DNA of 64,000 bases, taken from assembly GCF_006345805.1 (NCBI RefSeq), contig NC_043000.1, positions 17,236,001-17,300,000 of the forward strand, written 5' to 3'. The position numbers and the translations under genes were made by a program. Positions within the stretch are counted from its first letter, which is position 1. Each line of letters begins with the position of its first letter. This DNA is from Octopus sinensis. Lineage: Eukaryota. The notes under the pieces are model-generated. The model did no database searches, was not told where the DNA came from, and was given only the letters and a program-made list of their open reading frames with translations. Below are positions 62,660 through 64,000 of this stretch, in pieces.

Positions 62660-63078
62660 ACTTACTGATACGTCGCGTCACTCCAATCAGGAATTAGAAC
62701 CTGTAGTGACGTCATTTTGGGATGTTCATCTGCGCATGTGCAAGGATTAGTGTCTTCTGGTAGGCCTGCCGGAAGTCCCTTATGCGCATGCGCAGTCATC
62801 AGCAGCAGCTAGGCAAGACCGCTATTCTCTCTCTCTCTCTTAGCTTCCTGCTGTCGACGGATTCAGACGTGACCAGATAAAGCTCCGAGCGCAGGTGAGC
62901 AAGACTTGGGGGCTGCGAAGAATGCCTTCAACAGGTGTGATTTAAACCGACTCTGCTGTTTCCTACCTCAGGTGTTCACGCTACCGATGTCCAGAGATGA
63001 AATGCTTATTTCCGTGAAAATAAACTATTATTGTTATTTGTTCGGAGTTTCGTGTTCCTGCTATTTTTCCTTTCTACA
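62660..63078 (+). promoter_or_regulatory. CpG-rich promoter-like segment or candidate solo LTR
   Basis: CCAATCA, TGACGTCA, CCGGAAGT, GCGCATGCGC; TGTAG 62702 ... CTACA 63078 termini; AATAAA 63019; no matching TSD. Confidence 0.45.
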
Positions 63079-63235
63079 ACTATGGAGGGAATTGTGTGAG
63101 GCACCCAACCAGTGCAAATATCACACATTGATATCCTACAAACCTATGACTATATATGATCGTGAGCCCAACACCTCTAATCACTTGGCCACGCACCATC
63201 AAAATATTCAATTGAGATATAAAATAAGTTACCAA

Positions 63236-63434
63236 GAGTGGCTGTGTGGTAAGTAGCTTGCTTACCAACCACATGGTTCCGGGCTCAGTCCCACTGCGTG
63301 GCACTTTGGGGGAATGTCTTCTACTATAGCCTCGGGCCGATTAAATCCTTGTGAGAGGAGTTGGTAGACGGAAACTGAAAGAAGCCCGTCGTATATATGT
63401 ATATATATATATATATGTTTGTGTGTGTGTGTGT

Positions 63435-63476
<42 letters not shown>

Positions 63477-63686
63477 TGTGTGTGACGGTGTTTGTCCCCA
63501 CCAACATCGTTTGACAACCGATGCTGGTGTGTTTACGTCCCCGTAACTTAGCGGTTCGGCAAAAAAACCGATAGAATAAGTACTAGGCTTACAAAGAATA
63601 AGTCCTGGGATCGATTTGCTCGACTAAAGGCGGTGCTCCGGCATGGCCACAGTCAAATGACTTGAAACAAGTAAAAGAGTAAAGAG
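63236..63686 (+). mobile_element. SINE family B
   Basis: Full modules. Confidence 0.9.
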
Positions 63687-63849
63687 ATACAGATATATGT
63701 TGGGAGTTGGTAGACATGATCGATTAGCATCTCTCGATGGAGATACCCCAGCGTGGCCGCAGTTCAACTATGAAACCATTGAAAGAATGGAAGAATATCA
63801 TAAAACATAATGACAAACAACTGTGAGAGATGGCAGGGTGGCTTAATGG

Positions 63850-64000
63850 CGGCGGCGAGCTGGCAGAAACGTTAGCACGCCGGGCGAAATGCTTAGCGGT
63901 ATTTCGTCTGTCGCTATGTTCTGAGTTCAAATTCCGCCGAGATCGACTTTGCTTTTCATCCTTTCGGGGTCGATAAATTAAGTACCAGTTACGCACTGGG
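63850..64000 (+). mobile_element. SINE family C, cut by the window end
   Basis: Head and middle match 48967-49196. Confidence 0.9.

Overview
Very AT-rich, microsatellite-saturated eukaryotic non-coding DNA. The huge (TACA/TATG)n, (TA)n and (TCTA)n arrays and the three tRNA-derived SINE families resemble an Octopus (cephalopod) genome; this is recognised from memory, not searched. I find no supportable host protein-coding exon; nearly all ORF-track entries are translations of simple repeats or SINEs. The window is a transposon catalogue: one full-length but disrupted RTE LINE (10950-14840), two more RTE 3' fragments, a CR1-type LINE in (TA)n, a cluster of Tx1-type fragments in (ATT)n, an RLE-type fragment, a decayed Penelope-like element (PLE), two mariners, several MITEs and about 35 SINE copies. 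The most interesting signals are RNA-level. (1) A CPEB3/HDV-like self-cleaving ribozyme fold without P4 sits exactly at the RTE 5' end. (2) Several hammerhead ribozyme motifs are present, including one canonical type I fold (57431-57494) and two minimal PLE-type motifs sharing a U4C core change. (3) Each of the three SINE families shares its 3' end with a different LINE clade present in the window (RTE, CR1, Tx1). All folds and alignments were done by eye and need computational and biochemical confirmation; many boundaries are approximate.
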